Assembly: GCA_019058275.1 (NCBI GenBank) | Contig: JAHLVW010000062.1 | Span: forward strand, 96,001-160,000 | Length of the DNA: 64,000 nt | Source of the DNA: Candidatus Heimdallarchaeota archaeon | Lineage (GTDB): Archaea > Asgardarchaeota > Heimdallarchaeia > JABLTI01 | Reading direction: 5' to 3' | In this document: one piece after another, positions 53,017 to 61,419 of the stretch | Position numbering within the stretch: position 1 is the stretch's first letter | Layout: every line of letters begins with the position of its first letter | The notes under the pieces: model-generated | Told to the model about the DNA's origin: nothing | The model's input: the letters and a program-made list of their open reading frames with translations, nothing else | Databases searched by the model: none | Made by a program: the position numbers and the translations under genes

Positions 53017-54168
53017 CTAAAGTTTTGAAATGATGTTATTTACCATAAAATCATCATTCATAATCCATCTTTTATTTTTAAAGTCAAAAGCTTGATCCCA
53101 GAGATTATATATCATTGAATATCGATAGCTAGTCCAAAATATATCATGTTTCGGACAAATTGACCAAATAAAGTCAACAAGTTCACTTAGATGGGCTGGT
53201 GGTGCTTTAACAAACCAGAAGAAACCATTTTCTGATATGTAATAAACACTCTGAAATGGAAATGAAAGCAATTTTGTTTTAGGTGAATAGTCTATTACCT
53301 TTTTAGTGTGACCACTTCCTAATAAAAGATAATTTCTAAATTTCCTAGCAATTGTTTTTGAACAATAACCACGAATTATGATAGATTGATATAGATTGAA
53401 AACTTCGTAGTTCAAAAAGATCCTATAATTATCCACCGCAAATTCTTTTAGGAAATTAATTTTACGACTAATTTTTTGAGCAATACCTGGTTCTTTTTCT
53501 AGATTTAATTTCTTTATAATATCAACATTCTTTTGACGAGCATCTAGTATTATTTCGTCTAATAATTTTATATCTAATTCATCAAAATTTGAAATAATTG
53601 ATTTAACGTTATTCGATTTAGCAATAGAAGCTAGCGAAATTGCATCAAATCCTTCTCGCCAACTATTCCAATCAAATTGCCAAGTATTTCTTTGAGGATT
53701 CCAGAATTTAATAGCTGATTTCAATGTTACAGATGTCTCGAGAGTATTTCTTTTAATATAGTCATAATCAATAACTACACCTTTGTCTTTTAATTTCTCA
53801 GCTAAATCAATCAAATAAGGCAAACCATTTACTGGAGTGCGATATTGTACATATAATCCAGAAAACTTCCCAAAACATCTCGACCTATAGAGAGTGTAAG
53901 GGTGATCATCACAAATAATTTTCTCTATCTTCTCTAATGATTTTCGGGAATCAATATTATAAAAGAAATCATGAAGCTCTAAATCAAGAGCTTTTAGATT
54001 TAAGTCAGTATGTACACGTTTGTAGGCTTTCTCTATATTAGCTATTTTATCAAGTCTAATAGCAGTTCCTGAAACGCTCATATTTACACGCTTAGCAATA
54101 GAACTAACATTAGCAATCGGATTTTCTTGTAAAGCGAAGAGTATCTCCAAGTCTTTAGAGTCTAGCGT
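53017..54168 (-). CDS. Tandem wHTH Lrp/AsnC-like regulator (module B)
   Basis: End-to-end similarity to 44074-45183 (HPY..YR.RC.GKF.GLY, W.FDW..W, APP.HLSEL.DFIW); the homologous start position is ACG at 54168 (alternative TTG at 54150). Confidence 0.82.
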   Translation of the reverse strand, partial: TLDSKDLEILFALQENPIANVSSIAKRVNMSVSGTAIRLDKIANIEKAYKRVHTDLNLKALDLELHDFFYNIDSRKSLEKIEKIICDDHPYTLYRSRCFGKFSGLYVQYRTPVNGLPYLIDLAEKLKDKGVVIDYDYIKRNTLETSVTLKSAIKFWNPQRNTWQFDWNSWREGFDAISLASIAKSNNVKSIISNFDELDIKLLDEIILDARQKNVDIIKKLNLEKEPGIAQKISRKINFLKEFAVDNYRIFLNYEVFNLYQSIIIRGYCSKTIARKFRNYLLLGSGHTKKVIDYSPKTKLLSFPFQSVYYISENGFFWFVKAPPAHLSELVDFIWSICPKHDIFWTSYRYSMIYNLWDQAFDFKNKRWIMNDDFMVNNIISKL

Positions 54169-54219
54169 ATAAATGACCCCCGGATCCTTCTTTTTTTTAA
54201 TAAAAGAAAATAAAGCTAT

Positions 54220-54720
54220 CTAATAAATAATTTCCATAGATGCTGTTGGATCGCCAGGACCTATTCCTGGAGGATCAAATTCAATTTCATCTTCTAGAAT
54301 AAGATATCCATCAATATCTTCCATGAAAAATATTCCTGTTAGAGTTGCTTTATACCAACCTGGTTCCTCTGCAGTGTTAAATGTAGTTATAATAATAGTA
54401 ATAGTTCTATCTGATTCTCTAATTGTTGCATCAAATGAAAAATGGAATATTTTATCTGATGGTAATTTAAGATTCAAATACCAATAGCTTTTCGCATAAT
54501 CTTCAATATCTAGCTTTAACTTGGCTTTAATAATGATGTCATCTTCTACATCATCATCATCAAAATCACCATAATTTGCATAGATTATTTTAAGAGTACC
54601 ATAAACACTATCATCATCATCTTTGTCTGCTTTGACATTAAGAGAAACAAAGAGCATACCAGCTAATATGGTTGCGAAAATGATAGAAAGTAAAATAGTT
54701 TTTTTAGTTTTGTTTTTCAT
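54220..54720 (-). CDS. Small secreted acidic protein (module B)
   Basis: Signal peptide; YGDFDDDDVEDDI; LPS; NTA.E.G.Y; FDPPGIGPGDP. Confidence 0.8.
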   Translation of the reverse strand: MKNKTKKTILLSIIFATILAGMLFVSLNVKADKDDDDSVYGTLKIIYANYGDFDDDDVEDDIIIKAKLKLDIEDYAKSYWYLNLKLPSDKIFHFSFDATIRESDRTITIIITTFNTAEEPGWYKATLTGIFFMEDIDGYLILEDEIEFDPPGIGPGDPTASMEIIY

Positions 54721-54727
54721 TTTATAT

Positions 54728-54762
54728 CTCCACCTATCTGGAGTTTAGTCCACCTAGACTAA
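54728..54762 (-). promoter_or_regulatory. Tandem hairpins over a duplicated SD-like sequence in the 5' leader
   Basis: CTCCA-cctatc-TGGAG and TTAGTC-caccta-GACTAA; TCCACCTA repeated at a 20-nt period. Confidence 0.4.
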
Positions 54763-54931
54763 TGGTTTTTGTCGGTAATTATAGATTTGTTAGTTATAAG
54801 TATTTCTTATTTAAAAAAAATGTTCAAAAAAAAAGCAAAAAATGAAATAAATAACGACAATAAAAGTTCTTTTTTGGATAGTCTTATTAATTCGTTAACA
54901 ATGAATAATCATTGAGAATCGGGGATAATAA

Positions 54932-55771
54932 ATGGAAAAAATTGTACGTATACAACCATATCCACATAGAAAAGATAGAGATTACCAACCTATTTTTGAT
55001 TTTCTAAAAAAAGTGATTATAATAATTGATTCTGAATTTCAGTTTAATGATACTTTAGTTGACGAATTTAAAGATGACAAACCATATGAATATCATACAA
55101 TTATTAAGAAGTTTGGAACAAAGGAAAGCGGTATTGAGGTTATTCAAGAAGCGGTATATGAACAAGTAGCAAGTGGTATTGCTATTGACAGAGTTGTTGT
55201 AAGAGCATTTGGTTTGAAACCAGGATTGGAAGCAGAAATTAAATCTATAAGAAACCAGGAAGACTCGCTGTTTTTGGAATTGAGAATAATTGCTTCAGAA
55301 GAAGCTGTTACAACAGTCGTCTCACAATTCTACAAGAAATTTGAAAGTACACCAATATTACAAAAAAAGTTGAGAAAAGAATTACTCATTTTAAACACTT
55401 CGCTAAAAAGAAGAGCTTGGTATGCAGTAGAAATGAGAGCAAAAAGTATTTTGAAAGATTTTCCTGGTCAACCACTAGCGCTATTCGCTTTCTCAATTGC
55501 TCGTGCAGCTCAAGGTGACTTAGATGCCAGACAGGAATTAGTTAAGCAAGTATCACAGTTAAAACCCGATCAAGAAGGCATTGCTCATGATCTAAGTGAT
55601 ATACAGAGGAAGAAAGAGGATAATGAACTTGCTTTAACAGAACTTAAACAAATTATACAACCTGAACCAGATAATCATCCTGCTCATTGGATGATAGATC
55701 AAGCACAAAAAGCTTTAGAAGAAATTACAGAAGCATTACGATCTTATGAAGAAAGTATTCAATGTGAGTAA
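54932..55771 (+). CDS. Hypothetical protein with degenerate C-terminal TPRs
   Basis: 279-aa ORF; 'P.NHPAHW' and 'EALRSYE' TPR-like segments. Confidence 0.6.
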   Translation: MEKIVRIQPYPHRKDRDYQPIFDFLKKVIIIIDSEFQFNDTLVDEFKDDKPYEYHTIIKKFGTKESGIEVIQEAVYEQVASGIAIDRVVVRAFGLKPGLEAEIKSIRNQEDSLFLELRIIASEEAVTTVVSQFYKKFESTPILQKKLRKELLILNTSLKRRAWYAVEMRAKSILKDFPGQPLALFAFSIARAAQGDLDARQELVKQVSQLKPDQEGIAHDLSDIQRKKEDNELALTELKQIIQPEPDNHPAHWMIDQAQKALEEITEALRSYEESIQCE

Positions 55772-55885
55772 TGACTGTTTTTTTTACCATCTATAAATGA
55801 TTATTAGTTAATTATAATTGTAATAGTTATAACTGAAAGTTTAATATTTCAGAAAGTGCAGTGTTAACTCTAAAAAGAAATATGG

Positions 55886-56392
55886 GTGTTAAAAATAAAA
55901 CCATTAAGCCTTTGCATATCAACTATGGGTACAAAGGGATTAGAAGTTGTTAAAGTTCATCCCAATATCCTTAATGAAAAAACTCTCAATGAAATTGCTT
56001 TGAAAAGTATGCCATTAGGTGCAAAGGAAAACGATTTTATAACTGTAACATTAGCAGACAAGAAGGTTTTTTCAGCACTTATCTTTACAGTTCCATTACA
56101 ATTAGGAAGAGATAATATTGTATCTTTAATTGCCGTTTTTGAATCAATCAATTATAATGCAGAAATTATTCAGAAAAATTTCGTTAAAATTATATCTAAT
56201 ATAAAAGAAATTTTTGATATTTCAATCGAAGTTGTTAGTAAACTACTTCATGATATTTTTGAAGGTATTAAAAGAGAGAAATTCAAGCTAAATTTACCAT
56301 CAAATATTACTATTGATCTGGATTTCTCAGGACTCGAACTAAAATCAAAGAAAGATAAGGTAAAAAATCTAACAAGTGATGTTTGGGGATAG
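55886..56392 (+). CDS. uDENN/longin-like domain protein
   Basis: LCISTMGTKGLEVVKVHP..L..IALKSMP pattern followed by a beta-hairpin and SLIAVF. Confidence 0.55.
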   Translation: MLKIKPLSLCISTMGTKGLEVVKVHPNILNEKTLNEIALKSMPLGAKENDFITVTLADKKVFSALIFTVPLQLGRDNIVSLIAVFESINYNAEIIQKNFVKIISNIKEIFDISIEVVSKLLHDIFEGIKREKFKLNLPSNITIDLDFSGLELKSKKDKVKNLTSDVWG

Positions 56393-56431
56393 ACCACAAA
56401 CTAAAAAAAAAAGCATTAGTATAATTATGGT

Positions 56432-57241
56432 ATGGAGATTACTATTTATACTTGGTATTTTCTATTTACTTCATTAATGATTTCATTAGCATTATTAGCA
56501 TTTATTGTAGTTTTAATTAGACATTATATTAGAACAAAATCTTTAGGTACAATACTTTTAGTACTTACATATTCATTAATTACATTCGCAGAAATCTCAA
56601 ACACTATAGGTTTATGGTATTATGTTTTCGTATAAGAGATAAGTCTAGTAAGTGGTTATTTTGAACTTAATTTCGCTTTCTTCTATGGGTTAGCATATAT
56701 ATTTCTTTACTTCTTTGCAAACAGGCATATTTTGGAGGATAATGATTTAGTTAAATCACTAACATCAGTTGGAATAACAGCTCTAGTCAGTATAACAACT
56801 GCATTAATGTTTATGGAGTTAGTAAATCAACCAACAAATCCTTTCTATTAAAATGAATTCATCATGAATGGACCAAATATTATACAATTTACACCTTCAT
56901 TGATAATAGGTTCAATCATATTTATCCCGATTTTTATTTTAGTACATTTGAGAATAATAATTTCATTAGCGAAATTAGGGAAATCAATAGAAGATAAGTT
57001 CACAAAAAGAGGAATTTATTTCATTTTATTCGCTGTTGTTAGTTTAGTTGCAGCTGCATTAGTAGCTAGTTTTTTCACATTACCTAATGTTGGCAACCAA
57101 CCAGCCATAATAACTTTGCTTCATACCTTGCGAATAATATTAGTGCTAATAGGAATCGGACTAAGTTATATCGGATGGACGATGCCAAATTGGATGAAGA
57201 AGCTACTATCAAGAACAAAAGAAGAAGAGAACATTGAATGA
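56432..57241 (+). pseudogene. Polytopic (about 7-TM) membrane protein with two in-frame stops
   Basis: One frame with TAA at 56633 and 56849; about 7 hydrophobic segments; C-terminal GWTMPNW. Confidence 0.75.
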
Positions 57242-57249
57242 TAGCAGTA

Positions 57250-58323
57250 TTAATTGAGTATTTTTGCTTTATCTTTACAGGCTTTAGCTTCCAAATCATT
57301 GCCCATCTCAGAATAGATTTCTGCTAATATCAACCAATTCTCCTTATTGCGAGGTTCAAAATTAGCGATTGATTTCCAGGTATTTAAAGCGAATTTGAAA
57401 TCTTTCTTATCCTTGTAATAATGTCCAACTCTCTTAACATATTTTAATCCCTCAGCCATACGTTTATTTTCGCTGTAATAAGTAAATAATTCAGTTAAAC
57501 CAAATAAATCATCGATTTCTAAAGATAAACCAAATTCACCAAACTCTTTTGCCTTTTCTCGTTGACCTAATGTTTCATAAACTAAAACCAAATCAAACCA
57601 GAAATTAGGATCTTTTGGGTAATCTTTGATTCTAACTAAATCTTTGAGAATATGATAATAGGTGCAATACATAATTTTGCGTATTCGGTCTGTTTCCATA
57701 ACAAACATCAACGTATCTTCCATTTTCCTCTTAATGTAAACAGGTAATTGGATTTGTCTTGAGGATTCGGAATGGTAGATGTAATATTTAGGAAAAAGCA
57801 AATTGAAGAAACGAATCACACTGTTAATTATGTCCTCTAATGATGACTTTTTGGTTATTTTATTATAATCGATAATTTTCGTGCTCCAAAATTTGAAAGC
57901 TTGTTCCCTGAAATCTGGTTCTTTATCAAAGGGTCGTAATCCAATCTCAGCTAATATTTCAGAATGCTTAGTAGGATTATCAATTTTAAGAATTGAAAGT
58001 ATCTGCAGGTAAGTTCTTCTAACATATTTTGTTAACATTTTTTCTTCTTCAGTAGCTGGTTCTTCTCTTGGAGCAAGAAAAACATCAAGAATATCAGAAT
58101 CTTTCTTTTCATACTTGAAAACATTAAAACTATTTTCTCCTTCATCAGGATTATATGTGTTAATTCTATAGTCAGGAAATTGCTCTTCAAAAAACCTTGC
58201 AACGTGAAAAACAATGTCTTCTAGGGATCTATATTTAGCAATTTTATTGGAAGAAATTATTCGGTTTGCCCATTCGTTCATTAATTCATCACTAGGTTCA
58301 GGAATTCCAGAAGTTTGATCCAT
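57250..58323 (-). CDS. Protein with an internally duplicated domain and C-terminal TPRs
   Basis: W..RII..NKI...SLEDI...V.RFF...FP.Y occurs twice; PKDPNFWFDL and EPRNKENWLILA TPRs. Confidence 0.7.
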   Translation of the reverse strand: MDQTSGIPEPSDELMNEWANRIISSNKIAKYRSLEDIVFHVARFFEEQFPDYRINTYNPDEGENSFNVFKYEKKDSDILDVFLAPREEPATEEEKMLTKYVRRTYLQILSILKIDNPTKHSEILAEIGLRPFDKEPDFREQAFKFWSTKIIDYNKITKKSSLEDIINSVIRFFNLLFPKYYIYHSESSRQIQLPVYIKRKMEDTLMFVMETDRIRKIMYCTYYHILKDLVRIKDYPKDPNFWFDLVLVYETLGQREKAKEFGEFGLSLEIDDLFGLTELFTYYSENKRMAEGLKYVKRVGHYYKDKKDFKFALNTWKSIANFEPRNKENWLILAEIYSEMGNDLEAKACKDKAKILN

Positions 58324-58398
58324 CTTTTACACCCACTATTTGAGGTTAATGTCGCATTGAAAATTAAGTTTTTCTTTTAAACTTAACTTCACTTTTTG

Positions 58399-58919
58399 TT
58401 AATTATCCAATAATAAATCACTGTAAGAATGATTTTGAATGTTATCGGGAGTTATTTTAAACAAATCAATATATAAATTAACAATATCATGAAGTTGTTT
58501 CATTTTTGTGGGATTCTTAGTCATTGCTTCAATTTCAATAAAATCATCTAAATCTCTTACTTCAACAATATTAAATTTAACATTTTCAATAAAATACATC
58601 TCTCTTTTCTTCGTCACCTCAATAAGAACTCCGAAAGCTTTCCTTAACATCTGCTCAAGTGTAATTTGATCAATTGATTTGTACAAATAAAATTCGCTGG
58701 ATTTAATATCCTTTATATTATCCCTTTTATAATACACTAAAGCATTTTCAATACTTCCTTTTCGAAGTTTTAAAAGACCATCAAATGTCTTAAAATAAAT
58801 GTCAGTTTGGTAATTTAATCCATAATAAGAAGTTCCTTTTGATTATAGTATTACTCTAACCTTATCTGGTTATCATATCTTGCATTTATTTCAATGTTAA
58901 TAAATTGTTTAATAACCAT
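58399..58919 (-). pseudogene. CYTH / class IV adenylate cyclase (CyaB-like), disrupted
   Basis: NIEI.AR, QTDIYF, LKLR, KKREMY, FIEIE, SYSDLL; frameshift and stop in the 5' part. Confidence 0.82.
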
Positions 58920-59009
58920 GAGATTTTCTCTATTAATCTAACTTTTTAAAAACAAAAGTTATTAATCATAAAATTATTATTATAACGTACTTTTTGGAGG
59001 GAATTTGAT

Positions 59010-60776
59010 TTGCAACTAAAAACAAAAAATGTTATTGTTTTTATTTTGTTACTATTAACACCTTTTGTTACAATTAACAATGATTCAAATGCAAAGGTGA
59101 TAATAAAGGAACAAGATATAGGAATTAATGCATTAGGAACTTTTTTGGATTGGGATTTTATAACAGGAGATTGGATTGGTTCTTCAGCTACTGTTGCTGA
59201 CCTTGATGCAGATGGTACACTAGAAGTTATTATTGGTTCAGCTGATGATAAGCTTTATTGTTTAAGTCATACGGGATCTGAAGAGTGGAGTTACACAGCA
59301 AGTGCTGATATTGTTTCTTCAGCTGCTGTAGCTGATCTTGATGCAGATGGTGATTTTGAAATTATCGTGGGTTCCGATGATTTTGGTATTTATTGTTTAA
59401 ATCATTTAGGAACTAAAGAATGGGACTATACAACTGATCAAATTGTTTGGGGATCTCCAGCAATTGTTGATCTTGATGCTGATGGTACACTTGAAGTCAT
59501 TATTGGTTCTGGTGATAGTAATATTTATTGCTTAAATCATCTAGGAATAAAAGAATGGAACCGCACATTAGGCGATGCCATGATAGCTTCGCCTGCAGTT
59601 GCTGACCTTGATGCAGATGGTACTCTGGAAGTGGTTATAGGAACAATGGATAACAAGCTTTATTGCGTAAGCCACTTGGGTATGATAGAATGGAGCTACA
59701 CAACAGGTGGTTGGATTGGTTCCTCAGCAGCTATTGCAGACCTTGACGATGATGATACATTAGAAGTACTTGTAGGTTCAAATGATAACAAGCTTCACTG
59801 TGTGAGTCATTTAGGAATAAGTGAATGGAATTTTACAACTGGTTTTTGGATTGATGGGTCACCTGCAATTGCTGATTTAGATAACGATGGAACTTATGAA
59901 GTGCTTGTGGGTTCGCAAGATACTAAGATTTATTGTCTTGATCACACTGGAGCTGAAGAATGGAGTTACATAACAAGCGCTGAAATACTTTCTCCCACTG
60001 TAGGTGATCTCGATAATGATGGCAATTTGGAAGTGTTAGTAGGTTCAAATGATTTCATAATGTATTGTCTTAATAAAACAGGAGATTTAGTATGGTTCTA
60101 CATAACAGGTGGTTTTCTTCGATCTACTCCTACAATTGCTGACCTTGATGCCGACGGTCTCAATGAAATTATTTTTGGATGTTATGATAATAAGGTATAT
60201 TGTTTAGGATTAACTGGAGTTGCTTCATCTGGTCCTCAACAATGGTATCGTCACAGAGGTAACAATTTTAACACAGGTCATTTAGATAGTGATGGCGATT
60301 ATATTGATGATTTAACGGAAGAAACTTGGTATCAAACAAATCCAAATGTAGTGGATTCGGATAATGATCAATTATCAGATTGGGAAGAAATATACTATTA
60401 TCATACTGATCCAGTAAGTTCAGATTCAGACAATGATGGATTAGATGATCATCAAGAAGTCATTTTCGTAGGAACCGATCCCAATGATCCAGATACTGAT
60501 GATGACGGTTTATTAGATGGAGATGAAGATTTCTTATACAGTACCAATCCTCTAGATCCTGATAGTGATGATGATGGAATCAATGATGGCGATGAAATTG
60601 CTAATGGTACAGATCCTTTAGATCCAAATGATCCTCCTCCACCCACAACTCCTACAAATACAACTACAGAGGAAACAGGTTACAAAAGTGGGTTGATAGC
60701 TGGATTTACAACCATTACCTTTGTTGCGATATTTGTCTTGGTTTCTAATCGACGAAGAAAAAAGTACATAGGATAA
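59010..60776 (+). CDS. Surface protein: FG-GAP/VCBS-like propeller + TSP3-like repeats + TM anchor
   Basis: Repeated SSPAIADLDADGTLEV.IGS.D.KLYC units; DSDxDG repeats; PT-rich linker; TM helix + RRRKK. Confidence 0.9.
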   Translation: MQLKTKNVIVFILLLLTPFVTINNDSNAKVIIKEQDIGINALGTFLDWDFITGDWIGSSATVADLDADGTLEVIIGSADDKLYCLSHTGSEEWSYTASADIVSSAAVADLDADGDFEIIVGSDDFGIYCLNHLGTKEWDYTTDQIVWGSPAIVDLDADGTLEVIIGSGDSNIYCLNHLGIKEWNRTLGDAMIASPAVADLDADGTLEVVIGTMDNKLYCVSHLGMIEWSYTTGGWIGSSAAIADLDDDDTLEVLVGSNDNKLHCVSHLGISEWNFTTGFWIDGSPAIADLDNDGTYEVLVGSQDTKIYCLDHTGAEEWSYITSAEILSPTVGDLDNDGNLEVLVGSNDFIMYCLNKTGDLVWFYITGGFLRSTPTIADLDADGLNEIIFGCYDNKVYCLGLTGVASSGPQQWYRHRGNNFNTGHLDSDGDYIDDLTEETWYQTNPNVVDSDNDQLSDWEEIYYYHTDPVSSDSDNDGLDDHQEVIFVGTDPNDPDTDDDGLLDGDEDFLYSTNPLDPDSDDDGINDGDEIANGTDPLDPNDPPPPTTPTNTTTEETGYKSGLIAGFTTITFVAIFVLVSNRRRKKYIG

Positions 60777-60787
60777 TTCAATGCATG

Positions 60788-60830
60788 ATGAGGAAAAATA
60801 GACTCCTCATTTTTTTTTATTTTTTATTTA
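60788..60830 (+). terminator. Hairpin + T-tract terminator
   Basis: ATGAGGA...TCCTCAT followed by a long T run. Confidence 0.6.
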
Positions 60831-60894
60831 CTTGTAGATTTGTAATTAACTAAAGGGTTTTTAGAAAATAATTTTAACATAGTAAATTCTTTGG

Positions 60895-61419
60895 TTGATT
60901 ATGATTTGTGTGGATATTGGTAAATGTACTGGTTGCAAAAGATGCGAAACTGCATGTGCTTTTTTTCACACACAGAGAGTTAGTAATCATCTTGCTAGAA
61001 TAAAAGTCTTGAATTTGTATGAAATTGGAATTGATAGCCCAGTTGTTTGCCAGCAATGTGAAGAGCGTTTTTGTTTAAAAAATTGTCCAACCGAAGCATT
61101 AAGTATTGGTTCTCTTGGAGAAATTGTTGTTAATATGGATATTTGTTCTTTATGTTTTAATTGCGAAGATGCATGTCCAATTGGAGCTATTCAGCTCTAT
61201 AAGGAAAAAGTAATTGTCTGCAATCTCTGTTCAGGGGATCCTGAGTGTATAAAAGCATGTACAGAAAAAGCTTTATCTTTGAGTTTAGATGAAAAACACT
61301 CTTCATTAGTTTCCTTTAAAGATGCTTCAAAAAACTATACTCCAAGTGAAAAAAGATTCGCATTTATCAAGAAGCAAGGAATTGAATTGCGAAAGAAATG
61401 GATGGATAATCTTGCTTAA
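60895..61419 (+). CDS. 4Fe-4S dicluster electron-transfer subunit (AorA/DmsB-like)
   Basis: CTGCKRCETAC, CQQC....C...CP, CSLCFNCEDACP, CNLC..DPECIKAC. Confidence 0.92.
   Translation: MIMICVDIGKCTGCKRCETACAFFHTQRVSNHLARIKVLNLYEIGIDSPVVCQQCEERFCLKNCPTEALSIGSLGEIVVNMDICSLCFNCEDACPIGAIQLYKEKVIVCNLCSGDPECIKACTEKALSLSLDEKHSSLVSFKDASKNYTPSEKRFAFIKKQGIELRKKWMDNLA

Noticed and set aside
43534-54720. Inverted modules A/B as the arms of a composite transposon or invertible segment
   Set aside because: Similarity is at the protein level and old; no terminal inverted repeats, transposase or invertase seen
59190-60160. Recurring GCTGAYCTTGATGCAGATGG at about 123-bp spacing as a CRISPR array or DGR repeat
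   Set aside because: These are in-frame coding repeats (ADLDADG blades) with homologous 'spacers'; no cas or reverse transcriptase gene
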